Shown here piece by piece: positions 17,919 through 25,053 of a stretch of 52,769 nucleotides of DNA. Source of the stretch: a virus (lineage: Duplodnaviria; Caudoviricetes); the IMG/VR virus record IMGVR_UViG_3300020034_000021, positions 1-52,769 of that record, one strand, 5' to 3'. A program made the position numbers and the translations under genes. The notes under the pieces are model-generated. The model saw only the letters and a list, made by a program, of their open reading frames with translations, did no database searches and was not told the DNA's origin. The stretch's first letter is position 1. Every line of letters begins with the position of its first letter.

Positions 17919-18127
17919 ACGTCACTCGGGCCGTGTATGGCGTAGAATTCGTCGCGCACAATGTCAAGCGCTTTATCAGTGTCATCATTGTCAAGCAATG
18001 TCTTGAGTTGACCTATCATGCGCTCGTGCGCATACTGCTTGTTACGATAGTATTCGATCAGGTCTTTCTGATCTTTCATAGCGCGCTTCGCTACTTCTAA
18101 AACAGCCTTGCCATATGCGTTTGCCAT
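17915..18127 (-). CDS. Hypothetical protein
   Basis: 70 aa, GGAG RBS. Confidence 0.65.
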   Translation of the reverse strand: MANAYGKAVLEVAKRAMKDQKDLIEYYRNKQYAHERMIGQLKTLLDNDDTDKALDIVRDEFYAIHGPSDV

Positions 18128-18157
18128 CTCGTGTCACTCCGTTGTTTCAATACCTGT

Positions 18158-18210
18158 AATGTACTACCTATAACGGCACAAGTCAATACATCTTTAGGAA
18201 GTGTGTCACA
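18158..18210 (-). promoter_or_regulatory. Early promoter (TGTGAC / CTAAAG / GCCGTTATA family)
   Basis: TTGACT-17-TACATT. Confidence 0.75.
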
Positions 18211-18245
18211 TTCCATAAAACTCATTTGGTTCTTTCGGTTTGCCG

Positions 18246-18461
18246 TCACATTTCTCCATAAGGTTCAGGCAGTGAGCCGTCATTCAAAGATACACGCTTG
18301 ACGATATGGCATATGCCGTCGATGGTGTACAACGCCATTTCATCCTGATTGAGCATCGGCACGGCAATCAACGGCGGAATGTACAGTCTTGACTTCGGTA
18401 CGTTGTGATCAATATGACGTTGACGTTCAACGCCATCAATAATGACGGTCATGGTAGCCAT
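18246..18461 (-). CDS. Hypothetical protein
   Basis: 71 aa, GAGG RBS. Confidence 0.6.
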   Translation of the reverse strand: MATMTVIIDGVERQRHIDHNVPKSRLYIPPLIAVPMLNQDEMALYTIDGICHIVKRVSLNDGSLPEPYGEM

Positions 18462-18464
18462 AGG

Positions 18465-18758
18465 TTAATCCTCTAGTACATCTGGGACCATTCGGTCAAT
18501 TTCTTTCATGTCCTTTTCAATGCGTTTAAATGCCTTGTCAAGTGTTTTCTTGATCTCTTTGTCAATCGGTTCCTGCATCATCTCTCTTATATCATGCTGC
18601 CCACCGATCTCGCTACGCTTATTGAAATCCTTGTCTAGCGCTTTCTCAGCTCTGCGACAAGCCGCGCGAGCTTTGTCCCATGCTCGCGTTGCTCGCAAAA
18701 GGTCTGCTTCCTTACGCACGAGCTTGTCGCGTAGAATGACGTATCGTTCAGGTGTCAT
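18465..18758 (-). CDS. Hypothetical coiled-coil protein
   Basis: GGAG RBS before MTPER. Confidence 0.65.
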   Translation of the reverse strand: MTPERYVILRDKLVRKEADLLRATRAWDKARAACRRAEKALDKDFNKRSEIGGQHDIREMMQEPIDKEIKKTLDKAFKRIEKDMKEIDRMVPDVLED

Positions 18759-18788
18759 TATGTTAACTCCCAATGTGACATAACGTAA

Positions 18789-19028
18789 TTACATAACTAC
18801 GTCAAATTTCAGTACCGCTGTGTCCTGTGGTACTTCATACCGCAGATCGGCACCGGCAGTAATCATAATGTACTCAGGTTCGCAACTGAATGCATGGATG
18901 CGCAGATTACTTTGCTTTGTTATGCCGCCTTCCATACGACAGCGCTTCACAGCGTCACGTATAGTATTGGCTTTGCCATAGCTACCATTGGTCAGTGATA
19001 CCGCGAGAAACGCTTTAGCTTCGCTCAT
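18789..19028 (-). CDS. Hypothetical protein
   Basis: AGGAG RBS before MSEAK. Confidence 0.65.
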   Translation of the reverse strand: MSEAKAFLAVSLTNGSYGKANTIRDAVKRCRMEGGITKQSNLRIHAFSCEPEYIMITAGADLRYEVPQDTAVLKFDVVM

Positions 19029-19124
19029 GTTGTCTCCTAGTTGTGTATCCATACCGGTTACCGTGTCCGGTGCTACCCATTTAACGCCTGTTGTTACGGC
19101 GTTGGTAGCGGAAATCTAGTTCGG

Positions 19125-19153
19125 AGTATAACAGCGCCAACGCTACTTGTCAA
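19125..19153 (-). promoter_or_regulatory. Strong sigma70 promoter
   Basis: TTGACA-17-TATACT. Confidence 0.85.
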
Positions 19154-19367
19154 CTCCTGTAGCATCAATTAAGCGCGCATTCTTAACTTCATACGGCATG
19201 CAGTTAACCTTGTCACCAACCTGCCATGAGGAACGTTCCTCTAACATGACAATAGTTAGCCCACCTGTGCGCGGCGACTTCGCTATGACCTTGCCGCGCA
19301 GTCCTACGATGACACCACCGGTAAACACAACTTCATCGCCTATCACAATCACAAATGGATTTTTCAT
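19143..19367 (-). CDS. KOW/SH3-like small protein
   Basis: IGDEVVFTGG...GLRGKVI. Confidence 0.55.
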   Translation of the reverse strand: MKNPFVIVIGDEVVFTGGVIVGLRGKVIAKSPRTGGLTIVMLEERSSWQVGDKVNCMPYEVKNARLIDATGVDK

Positions 19368-19633
19368 TTTCCTTCCCCTTCCTCTACGATAAGCACGTTC
19401 GCCAGCGCGTTGTTAAAGATCAGCTTGAGGCGTTCTATCTGCACGTCTCGGTCGTTCGTCTTAAGTCCGGTCATTGCCTTGGCCAGCTTCAGGCAATTGA
19501 CGCCGCGCGATACGCGCATGCCGGTCTTTTCAAGCTTCAAACCGCTAATGAGTACCTTGATCCGGTAGGCTTCAATTGCCTGCGGACCTTCGACCGATCT
19601 AAGCTGGCCATTGTCGTTCGTGATGATATCCAT
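19364..19633 (-). CDS. Hypothetical protein
   Basis: GLKLEKTGMRVSRG; 89 aa. Confidence 0.65.
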   Translation of the reverse strand: MDIITNDNGQLRSVEGPQAIEAYRIKVLISGLKLEKTGMRVSRGVNCLKLAKAMTGLKTNDRDVQIERLKLIFNNALANVLIVEEGEGK

Positions 19634-19636
19634 GAT

Positions 19637-19816
19637 TTAACCCTCGTCTGCGTTATCGTCAATTTCCGATTCACAAGCGCCACAAGGCGCGTCGAACATA
19701 CCGTTAGACGTTACTTCGCCGGGATGACGCGGACAACCGCGAATCAGCTCACAACCGCGCATCGCCCAAAAGGCTTCATCCTGTGCGGCGTTATAATCTT
19801 CCTGAGTCATGAACAT
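19637..19816 (-). CDS. Small Zn-binding protein (59 aa)
   Basis: Not in track; CPRH...CGACE; GGAG RBS. Confidence 0.6.
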   Translation of the reverse strand: MFMTQEDYNAAQDEAFWAMRGCELIRGCPRHPGEVTSNGMFDAPCGACESEIDDNADEG

Positions 19817-19848
19817 TTCGCTTTCTCCAATTCGTTTACTGAGTACAT

Positions 19849-19878
19849 AGTATAACGGCGTCGAACGTCAGAAGTAAA
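19849..19878 (-). promoter_or_regulatory. Early promoter
   Basis: TTTACT-18-TATACT with GCCGTTATA. Confidence 0.65.
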
Positions 19879-20224
19879 GCGTTATTTCGATTTATTTTCA
19901 GAAATAAATACATACCGCATTATGTCTTACTTGTCGATTATGTCATCAGCGTTTCGCTGAACGTCATACATTATATCACTACGTTATGTCAAATTGCCGC
20001 CAAAGTAAGACAAAGCCTACGCACACCAGACGCAATAGGAAGCCACAGGCGACGCGATCTTCGACCCGGACCCGCTATAAGGGTCTCAGGCCAAGCGACG
20101 CGCCTTGGCCTATGCCGTTTCGTCTAACTGCCATTCCCGGTCAACATCAAAAACCACGTCCACGTTCCAATCGCGACCGCCAGCCATTCGAGCGGGCACC
20201 GACTGATGAACTTATTGATGACGT

Positions 20225-20476
20225 TCATGACTTGTGATTCACGTAGCTATAAATATAAGGACAAACTATTTTCGCGGCAGACATGATTGCAGCCTTGCGC
20301 TTTGATTGCGCCAACGTTCGACCGTCAAGCGTATTGATTAACCACATATCATGCTTTGTCTTAACGACATAAGCGAAGGTATAGCGACCATCTCTGCCCA
20401 CATGTTCAACAGCAACCCGGTTTGGCATGCTGCGATTCGGGATCAATTCTACTGCGACTTCTACTAATGTATTCAT
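20225..20476 (-). CDS. Hypothetical protein, first gene of leftward early block
   Basis: AGAGGA RBS. Confidence 0.6.
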   Translation of the reverse strand: MNTLVEVAVELIPNRSMPNRVAVEHVGRDGRYTFAYVVKTKHDMWLINTLDGRTLAQSKRKAAIMSAAKIVCPYIYSYVNHKS

Positions 20477-20513
20477 TGCCGTCATTCCTCTGTTGTGTTG
20501 CTCCAATGAATTA

Positions 20514-20568
20514 AGTATCGGCCAATAACAGCGAGAAGTAAAGTGCTATTTACGTGACGAACGTCACA
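20514..20568 (-). promoter_or_regulatory. Early promoter
   Basis: TTTACT-17-GATACT; upstream TGTGAcgttcgTCACG. Confidence 0.7.
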
Positions 20569-20579
20569 AATAACACCAC

Positions 20580-20960
20580 CACTATTTTAAAGCTCAATTA
20601 GTAGGCCAGCCAATTCGATGCAAGTCTCTGATCTTGACTCTTTTTCTTATATAAATAGTATATATAGTATAGTAGTAGTATGAGAGAGAGAGAAATTTAT
20701 ATATAGCGTCGACGCATTTATAAGTGACGTTCATGACGTCGTGAAGCGTAGGGAATTTACTCTCTTTTTGGTAGTAATCTCTAGGAAATCTACTATTTCG
20801 ACTTATGCTTAGTAATCAATGAGTTACCCATACTATTTTGGTAGAAATAGTATTTTAAGGTAGATTTTATAAGAAATTTGTTAAGTTATGTCAAGAAAAA
20901 GGAGTCATATTAACGTCATTTGTAAACGTCATTTGTACATCAGGAGACAAAATAAGCTAA
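20580..20960. other. AT-rich non-coding control region (candidate origin or packaging site)
   Basis: No ORF; TACTATTT repeats, (GA)n tract, IHF consensus at 20814-20826. Confidence 0.5.
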
Positions 20961-20996
20961 AGTTCTATTGACAACGGCCAATAAAGCATTTACAGT
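20957..20996 (+). promoter_or_regulatory. Early promoter
   Basis: CTAAAG-5-TTGACA-17-TACAGT; ACTGAA at predicted +1. Confidence 0.8.
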
Positions 20997-21068
20997 CTAC
21001 TTACTGAACGACACAAGCCTGTAGCGCCTTAGATACAAACCTGTAGCGCCTTTCAACACAACGGACCA

Positions 21069-21485
21069 ATGGAGTTATTTAAAATGTCAATCATCATCAC
21101 ACCGAAGTCAAGAGTGATCGAGTTTGTTCAATTGTGGGCACAAGCTGAAACCGCTGGCAAATTGGCCGCTGCGAACGTCAAGGTTAAAGACTATTTGATA
21201 ACGTCAGTTGACTTTCTGAATAAGCCTATCGCCAATGCGCCGCAATACGTCATGAATGGAACCTGTGGCTTTGCTTGGCTCATTATCAAGCCCGCTAACA
21301 GTCGCTTTGGGAAATGGCTACTGGCGGGTGGGTTAGGCCGGAAGTCGTCCTATGAGGGCGGTGTGCGCGTCTCGATCTACCAGTATGGCCAGTGCATGGA
21401 ACAGAAAGAGGCACACGCACATGCTATGTCGGCTGTGATCGCAGCGGCTGGCCTGCGATGCTATGCTGATTCAAGGATGGATTGA
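21069..21485 (+). CDS. Conserved phage hypothetical protein
   Basis: GTCGFAWLIIKPANSRFGKWL...SRMD. Confidence 0.75.
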   Translation: MELFKMSIIITPKSRVIEFVQLWAQAETAGKLAAANVKVKDYLITSVDFLNKPIANAPQYVMNGTCGFAWLIIKPANSRFGKWLLAGGLGRKSSYEGGVRVSIYQYGQCMEQKEAHAHAMSAVIAAAGLRCYADSRMD

Positions 21486-21496
21486 ATTTAATTAAA

Positions 21497-21550
21497 TGTG
21501 ACGTAAGTCGCTAAAGAAAGATTGCAATGTGTCGTTATAGATAGTATTGT
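21497..21550 (+). promoter_or_regulatory. Early promoter
   Basis: TGTGAC..CTAAAG-5-TTGCAA-17-TATTGT; ACTGAA at +1. Confidence 0.75.
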
Positions 21551-21583
21551 AACGACACTGAATAACGGAACGGAGCGAATGAA

Positions 21584-21772
21584 ATGATTCAACTTCAATA
21601 CAGACAGACGACCATCATAGGCGAAGCACCAAAAGCGTGGAACGTGTATGCTGAGTCACGAATCATCACAAAGGATATGCGCAAGTTCGCTCTAAACCTA
21701 AATAGAGATGCTATTTATTTCAGCGAATGTCGCTACGTTGACACTAGAAATAGTCCTGAGTTGAAACTGTGA
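21584..21772 (+). CDS. Hypothetical protein
   Basis: 62 aa, GGAG RBS. Confidence 0.55.
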   Translation: MIQLQYRQTTIIGEAPKAWNVYAESRIITKDMRKFALNLNRDAIYFSECRYVDTRNSPELKL

Positions 21773-22023
21773 GTAAAAGAATACGCGCGCCGCGACGTGA
21801 AGTATTACGGCGCACTAGATACGATAGAACATGGTTTTTTGATCTATCGTGTGGTCACAGTTTGTCAAAATTATACTGTGACGATGTATACAAAACAGCA
21901 AAAACAATGCAATGCCAACCATGTGCGGCGGGTTGGTGTACAAAACATGATATTATCGATGATGCTGAAACCGGCGAACAACGTTGCAGTAAATGTAAAT
22001 TTCCAAATATGAGTAAACTGTGA
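21769..22023 (+). CDS. Cys-rich hypothetical protein
   Basis: LSCGH...CQPC...CSKC. Confidence 0.6.
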   Translation: MSKRIRAPRREVLRRTRYDRTWFFDLSCGHSLSKLYCDDVYKTAKTMQCQPCAAGWCTKHDIIDDAETGEQRCSKCKFPNMSKL

Positions 22024-22061
22024 CGTAATTGGCTTTAGTTTTCGCTGTTATACCCGATACT
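22019..22061 (+). promoter_or_regulatory. Early promoter
   Basis: TTTAGT-16-GATACT, GCTGTTATA, ACTGAA at +1. Confidence 0.6.
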
Positions 22062-22100
22062 AGACTCACTGAATCGAAACGCACACAGGAACAAATGACC

Positions 22101-22265
22101 ATGAACGCATACGCACAACACAACGCAACCAAGCTTTACGGCAACACACAGAAGCCGGTTCGCGAATATCAGCGCAATGACTACCAGTTGCAGGGTGTCA
22201 AGGCGCACAGCGTTGCACAGACCGCGTTCGCAACGCGCCTTAGTGCTGGCCTGTCGCTGATCTGA
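22101..22265 (+). CDS. Hypothetical protein
   Basis: AGGA RBS; start 22095 or 22101. Confidence 0.5.
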   Translation: MNAYAQHNATKLYGNTQKPVREYQRNDYQLQGVKAHSVAQTAFATRLSAGLSLI

Positions 22266-22299
22266 AGTCTGCCCACACTCAACCACAGGAAGCGAGAAC

Positions 22300-22533
22300 A
22301 TGACAAGCAAACAAAACAGCAAAGAGTACGATGCAGCGCTTGAAGCGTCGCGGATCGCAACGCGCAAGTACAACGTCGCTGTGAAAGATTATCGCGAGGG
22401 TAAGATTACAGACGAAGAATACCTTACGGCGCGCAAGGATTATTATTTGGCGCAGAGTATTTTTGATGACGCACTGCTAATTGAATTGGGAGTTAGCCCG
22501 CCATCGCTTGACAACACATATTCGCGCTGGTAA
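22300..22533 (+). CDS. Hypothetical protein
   Basis: YREGKITDEEYL; 77 aa. Confidence 0.65.
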   Translation: MTSKQNSKEYDAALEASRIATRKYNVAVKDYREGKITDEEYLTARKDYYLAQSIFDDALLIELGVSPPSLDNTYSRW

Positions 22534-22536
22534 TCT
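22508..22536 (+). promoter_or_regulatory. Sigma70 promoter upstream of a structured RNA
   Basis: TTGACA-17-TAATCT. Confidence 0.75.
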
Positions 22537-22542
22537 AGCGTC

Positions 22543-22600
22543 ATAGATCGGACGCAGCGTTAGCGTCGAAAGAGCGGCACCGAACCCCGCTCCGATCTAG
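22543..22600 (+). ncRNA. Candidate small RNA, three-way junction
   Basis: Stems TAGATCG/CGATCTA, GACGC/GCGTC, GAGCGG/CCGCTC starting at predicted +1. Confidence 0.5.
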
Positions 22601-22709
22601 GGAGAGTTACAGAGGTTTATAGAGGTTACAAGACGCTTCTAAGCGTTGGCCCCACAACATTTCTAAGGGAACTTGCACGTTATGTTAAATAACTCTAAAT
22701 AATCCAATC

Positions 22710-22762
22710 TGTGACGCAATACCTAAAGAATAGTTGCACAACGTCGTTATAAGATGTATTCT
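22710..22762 (+). promoter_or_regulatory. Early promoter
   Basis: TGTGAC..CTAAAG-5-TTGCAC-17-TATTCT, GTCGTTATA. Confidence 0.75.
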
Positions 22763-22795
22763 AAATGCACTTACCAACTGAACGGAATAAACGAA

Positions 22796-22951
22796 ATGAA
22801 CATGTACAGTTTCACATTCGAAGACAGCGCCGACACGATGCAGCAGTTTGATTACAGCATTGCATCTGCGACCGAAATGGTTAAAGCGCGCCGTGCTGCA
22901 TTTGGTCTCAGCACGATCATAACGCATGTTTCTGTACAGGCTGGTCGCTAA
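22796..22951 (+). CDS. Hypothetical protein
   Basis: Start placed downstream of promoter. Confidence 0.5.
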   Translation: MNMYSFTFEDSADTMQQFDYSIASATEMVKARRAAFGLSTIITHVSVQAGR

Positions 22952-22953
22952 TC

Positions 22954-23100
22954 ATGAGCGAACGCAAAAGAGAAATTTTGGATTATCGCGCTGCGATGAA
23001 AGCCGCAACGTTGCGGTACGTTCCTAAAAAGACAGCGCGTGGTCGCAGTCGTGAGTTGCATAGCGCGACTATTGCAGAACGCAAAACGGTGCAATCATGA
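22954..23100 (+). CDS. 48-aa basic protein
   Basis: Not in track; MSERKRE; ATGA overlap with helicase. Confidence 0.5.
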   Translation: MSERKREILDYRAAMKAATLRYVPKKTARGRSRELHSATIAERKTVQS

Positions 23101-24566
23101 ACGCAGTAGTTAAAGAATGGTCACCGTATCAAACAAGCGTCTTTGCGTTCGTCACCGAAGGCACTGGCAACTGCATCATTGAAGCAGTTGCAGGTTCGGG
23201 CAAGACGACCACCATTGTCGAAGCGATGCGCCGCACATTTGGCACGTCGATTTTCCTCGCATTCAACAAAGCGATTCAGGTTGAGTTGTCGTCACGTGGT
23301 GTGAACGCTAAGACGTTCCACGGTTTGACGTTCAAGCCGGTGATGACGTTTAAGAAGCAGAAACAAATCACACAAGACAAACTGCGCCAGATTGTTGATG
23401 CTAACCTAGGCGATGACGACGTGCGTACCTACGGCTCATTCATCTGCAAACTGGTAAGCCTCGCACGTAACAATGGCGTTGGTTGCCTTGTGGCAGACGT
23501 AGAATCAGAATGGTATGATTTGATTGACAAGCATGATATGGAACTGCCGACCGAAGAAGCGTCATTAGAAAAGGCAGTCATGTATGCACGCAAGTTGCTG
23601 TCAACGTCGAATGAGTCACCGCTAGTTGACTTCGATGACTTGCTGTATCTCGCGGTCAAAGAAGGTTTGACGCTTGACAAATACGATCACATTTTCGGCG
23701 ATGAAATGCAGGACACCAATGCAATACAGCGCGCGATTCTACGAAAGATCATGAAGCCAACCAGCCGCTTTTATGGCGTTGGTGACCCCTCGCAGGCGAT
23801 CTACGGTTTCCGTGGCGCAGATAGCAACAGCATGGGACTACTGGCGACAGAATTCCAGTGCGTCAAGCTTCCGCTCACCGTATCGTATCGCTGCCCGACG
23901 TCGGTTGTTGAGTATGCACGCCGCTGGGTTTCCCACATTGAAGCCGCACCGAACGCCATTGCAGGCGAAGTCGAATCGCTCGGCACTGACTGGATTACGG
24001 GCGACTTTGAAGCGAACGATTTAGTGGTATGTCGCACGACGAAGCCGCTTATATCCCTGGCGTTCAAGTTGCTAAAAGCGCGCGTCCCGGTCCGCATCAT
24101 GGGCAAGGAAATCGGTGACAGCTTGATTACACTCATTGAGCGCATGAAGGCGAAAGGCATTGACGCACTGGCTGTGAAACTTGAAGTGTGGGCAAGCCGC
24201 GAAGCGGAGAAGGCCATTGCGAAGAAGCAGGAAACCAAAGCGGAAGCCATTCGTGATCGCGTTGACGCTATCCTGTGTCTGATCGAAGGATTAGACGAAA
24301 CGGAGCGCACCATCCCTGCGTTGTGTGAGATTATTCGCGGCATGTTCGATAGTGGTCCGAACCAAGTCATACTGGCCACGATCCACAAAGCAAAGGGTTT
24401 GGAGTCGCCTCACGTTTTCTGGCTGAATAGCAGCAAGTGTCCTTCACCCTACGCGCGGCAAGAATGGCAGATGCAGCAGGAAGCCAATTTGTGTTATGTC
24501 GCGGTGACACGAGCACAGCGCACATTGACTTTGATCGAAGAGAAAGATCAGCGTAAGGTTGCCTAA
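23097..24566 (+). CDS. UvrD/Rep-like SF1 helicase
   Basis: AVAGSGKT, DEMQD, VGDPSQAIYGFRGA, TIHKAKGLE, YVAVTRA. Confidence 0.95.
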   Translation: MNAVVKEWSPYQTSVFAFVTEGTGNCIIEAVAGSGKTTTIVEAMRRTFGTSIFLAFNKAIQVELSSRGVNAKTFHGLTFKPVMTFKKQKQITQDKLRQIVDANLGDDDVRTYGSFICKLVSLARNNGVGCLVADVESEWYDLIDKHDMELPTEEASLEKAVMYARKLLSTSNESPLVDFDDLLYLAVKEGLTLDKYDHIFGDEMQDTNAIQRAILRKIMKPTSRFYGVGDPSQAIYGFRGADSNSMGLLATEFQCVKLPLTVSYRCPTSVVEYARRWVSHIEAAPNAIAGEVESLGTDWITGDFEANDLVVCRTTKPLISLAFKLLKARVPVRIMGKEIGDSLITLIERMKAKGIDALAVKLEVWASREAEKAIAKKQETKAEAIRDRVDAILCLIEGLDETERTIPALCEIIRGMFDSGPNQVILATIHKAKGLESPHVFWLNSSKCPSPYARQEWQMQQEANLCYVAVTRAQRTLTLIEEKDQRKVA

Positions 24567-24575
24567 GGCACGATC

Positions 24576-24827
24576 ATGAAAAAGCAACCCACTAGCGACG
24601 GCCTATTAAGCGCGTGCAACCATCGCGCGCCTATCGTCTTTGGCAAGTGTTCTAAATGCGGAAAGGTATTTGGGAAAACATTCGAGCCGGGGAACTTGAC
24701 ACCGGGCAAGCACGTTGACATAATGCAGTTAGCTTCTCAGCTATCCGATGGTGACACCGGCGAACCCGGTCCGCGTCAAACGTCACCCGATGCAGCCGAT
24801 GCGCGGGCAGGCATCACGAAACCCTAG
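24576..24827 (+). CDS. Hypothetical protein
   Basis: CNH...CSKC. Confidence 0.45.
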   Translation: MKKQPTSDGLLSACNHRAPIVFGKCSKCGKVFGKTFEPGNLTPGKHVDIMQLASQLSDGDTGEPGPRQTSPDAADARAGITKP

Positions 24828-24856
24828 CCGGTCAAGCTCCCGAGCTAGGGTTTTTT
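24819..24856 (+). terminator. Intrinsic terminator
   Basis: AACCCTAGC...GCTAGGGTTTTTT. Confidence 0.85.
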
Positions 24857-24939
24857 CTTATGTCATGACGTTATGTCACTACGTTATGACAGCGCTGGCG
24901 AAAATGGATTCTGGCGAAATTAAAATAACTCGCAAACGT

Positions 24940-25049
24940 CAAACCCATCTTACCCTCGCGAATTCAAAATGTCAAACACAAGTTACCCTTGACATCAAAT
25001 CGAAGTTACCCTTCCGATTTCAAAATTTGAAAACGAAATTTAGCTCTTG
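24940..25049 (+). repeat. Iteron-like imperfect direct repeats
   Basis: CAAAnnnAAGTTACCCT-like at 24940, 24973, 24996 and weaker at 25030. Confidence 0.6.
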
Positions 25050-25053
25050 ACAT

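Noticed and set aside
19944-20235. Hammerhead ribozyme from CTGATGA at 20203(+) and 19944(-)
   Set aside because: No correctly placed GAAA and stems
11617-24856. Matching CCCTAGC...GCTAGGG stems at 11617 and 24819 as a mobile repeat
   Set aside because: Loops differ; both are ordinary terminators
24748-25050. 100-aa ORF
   Set aside because: Crosses a terminator and repeat array; likely spurious
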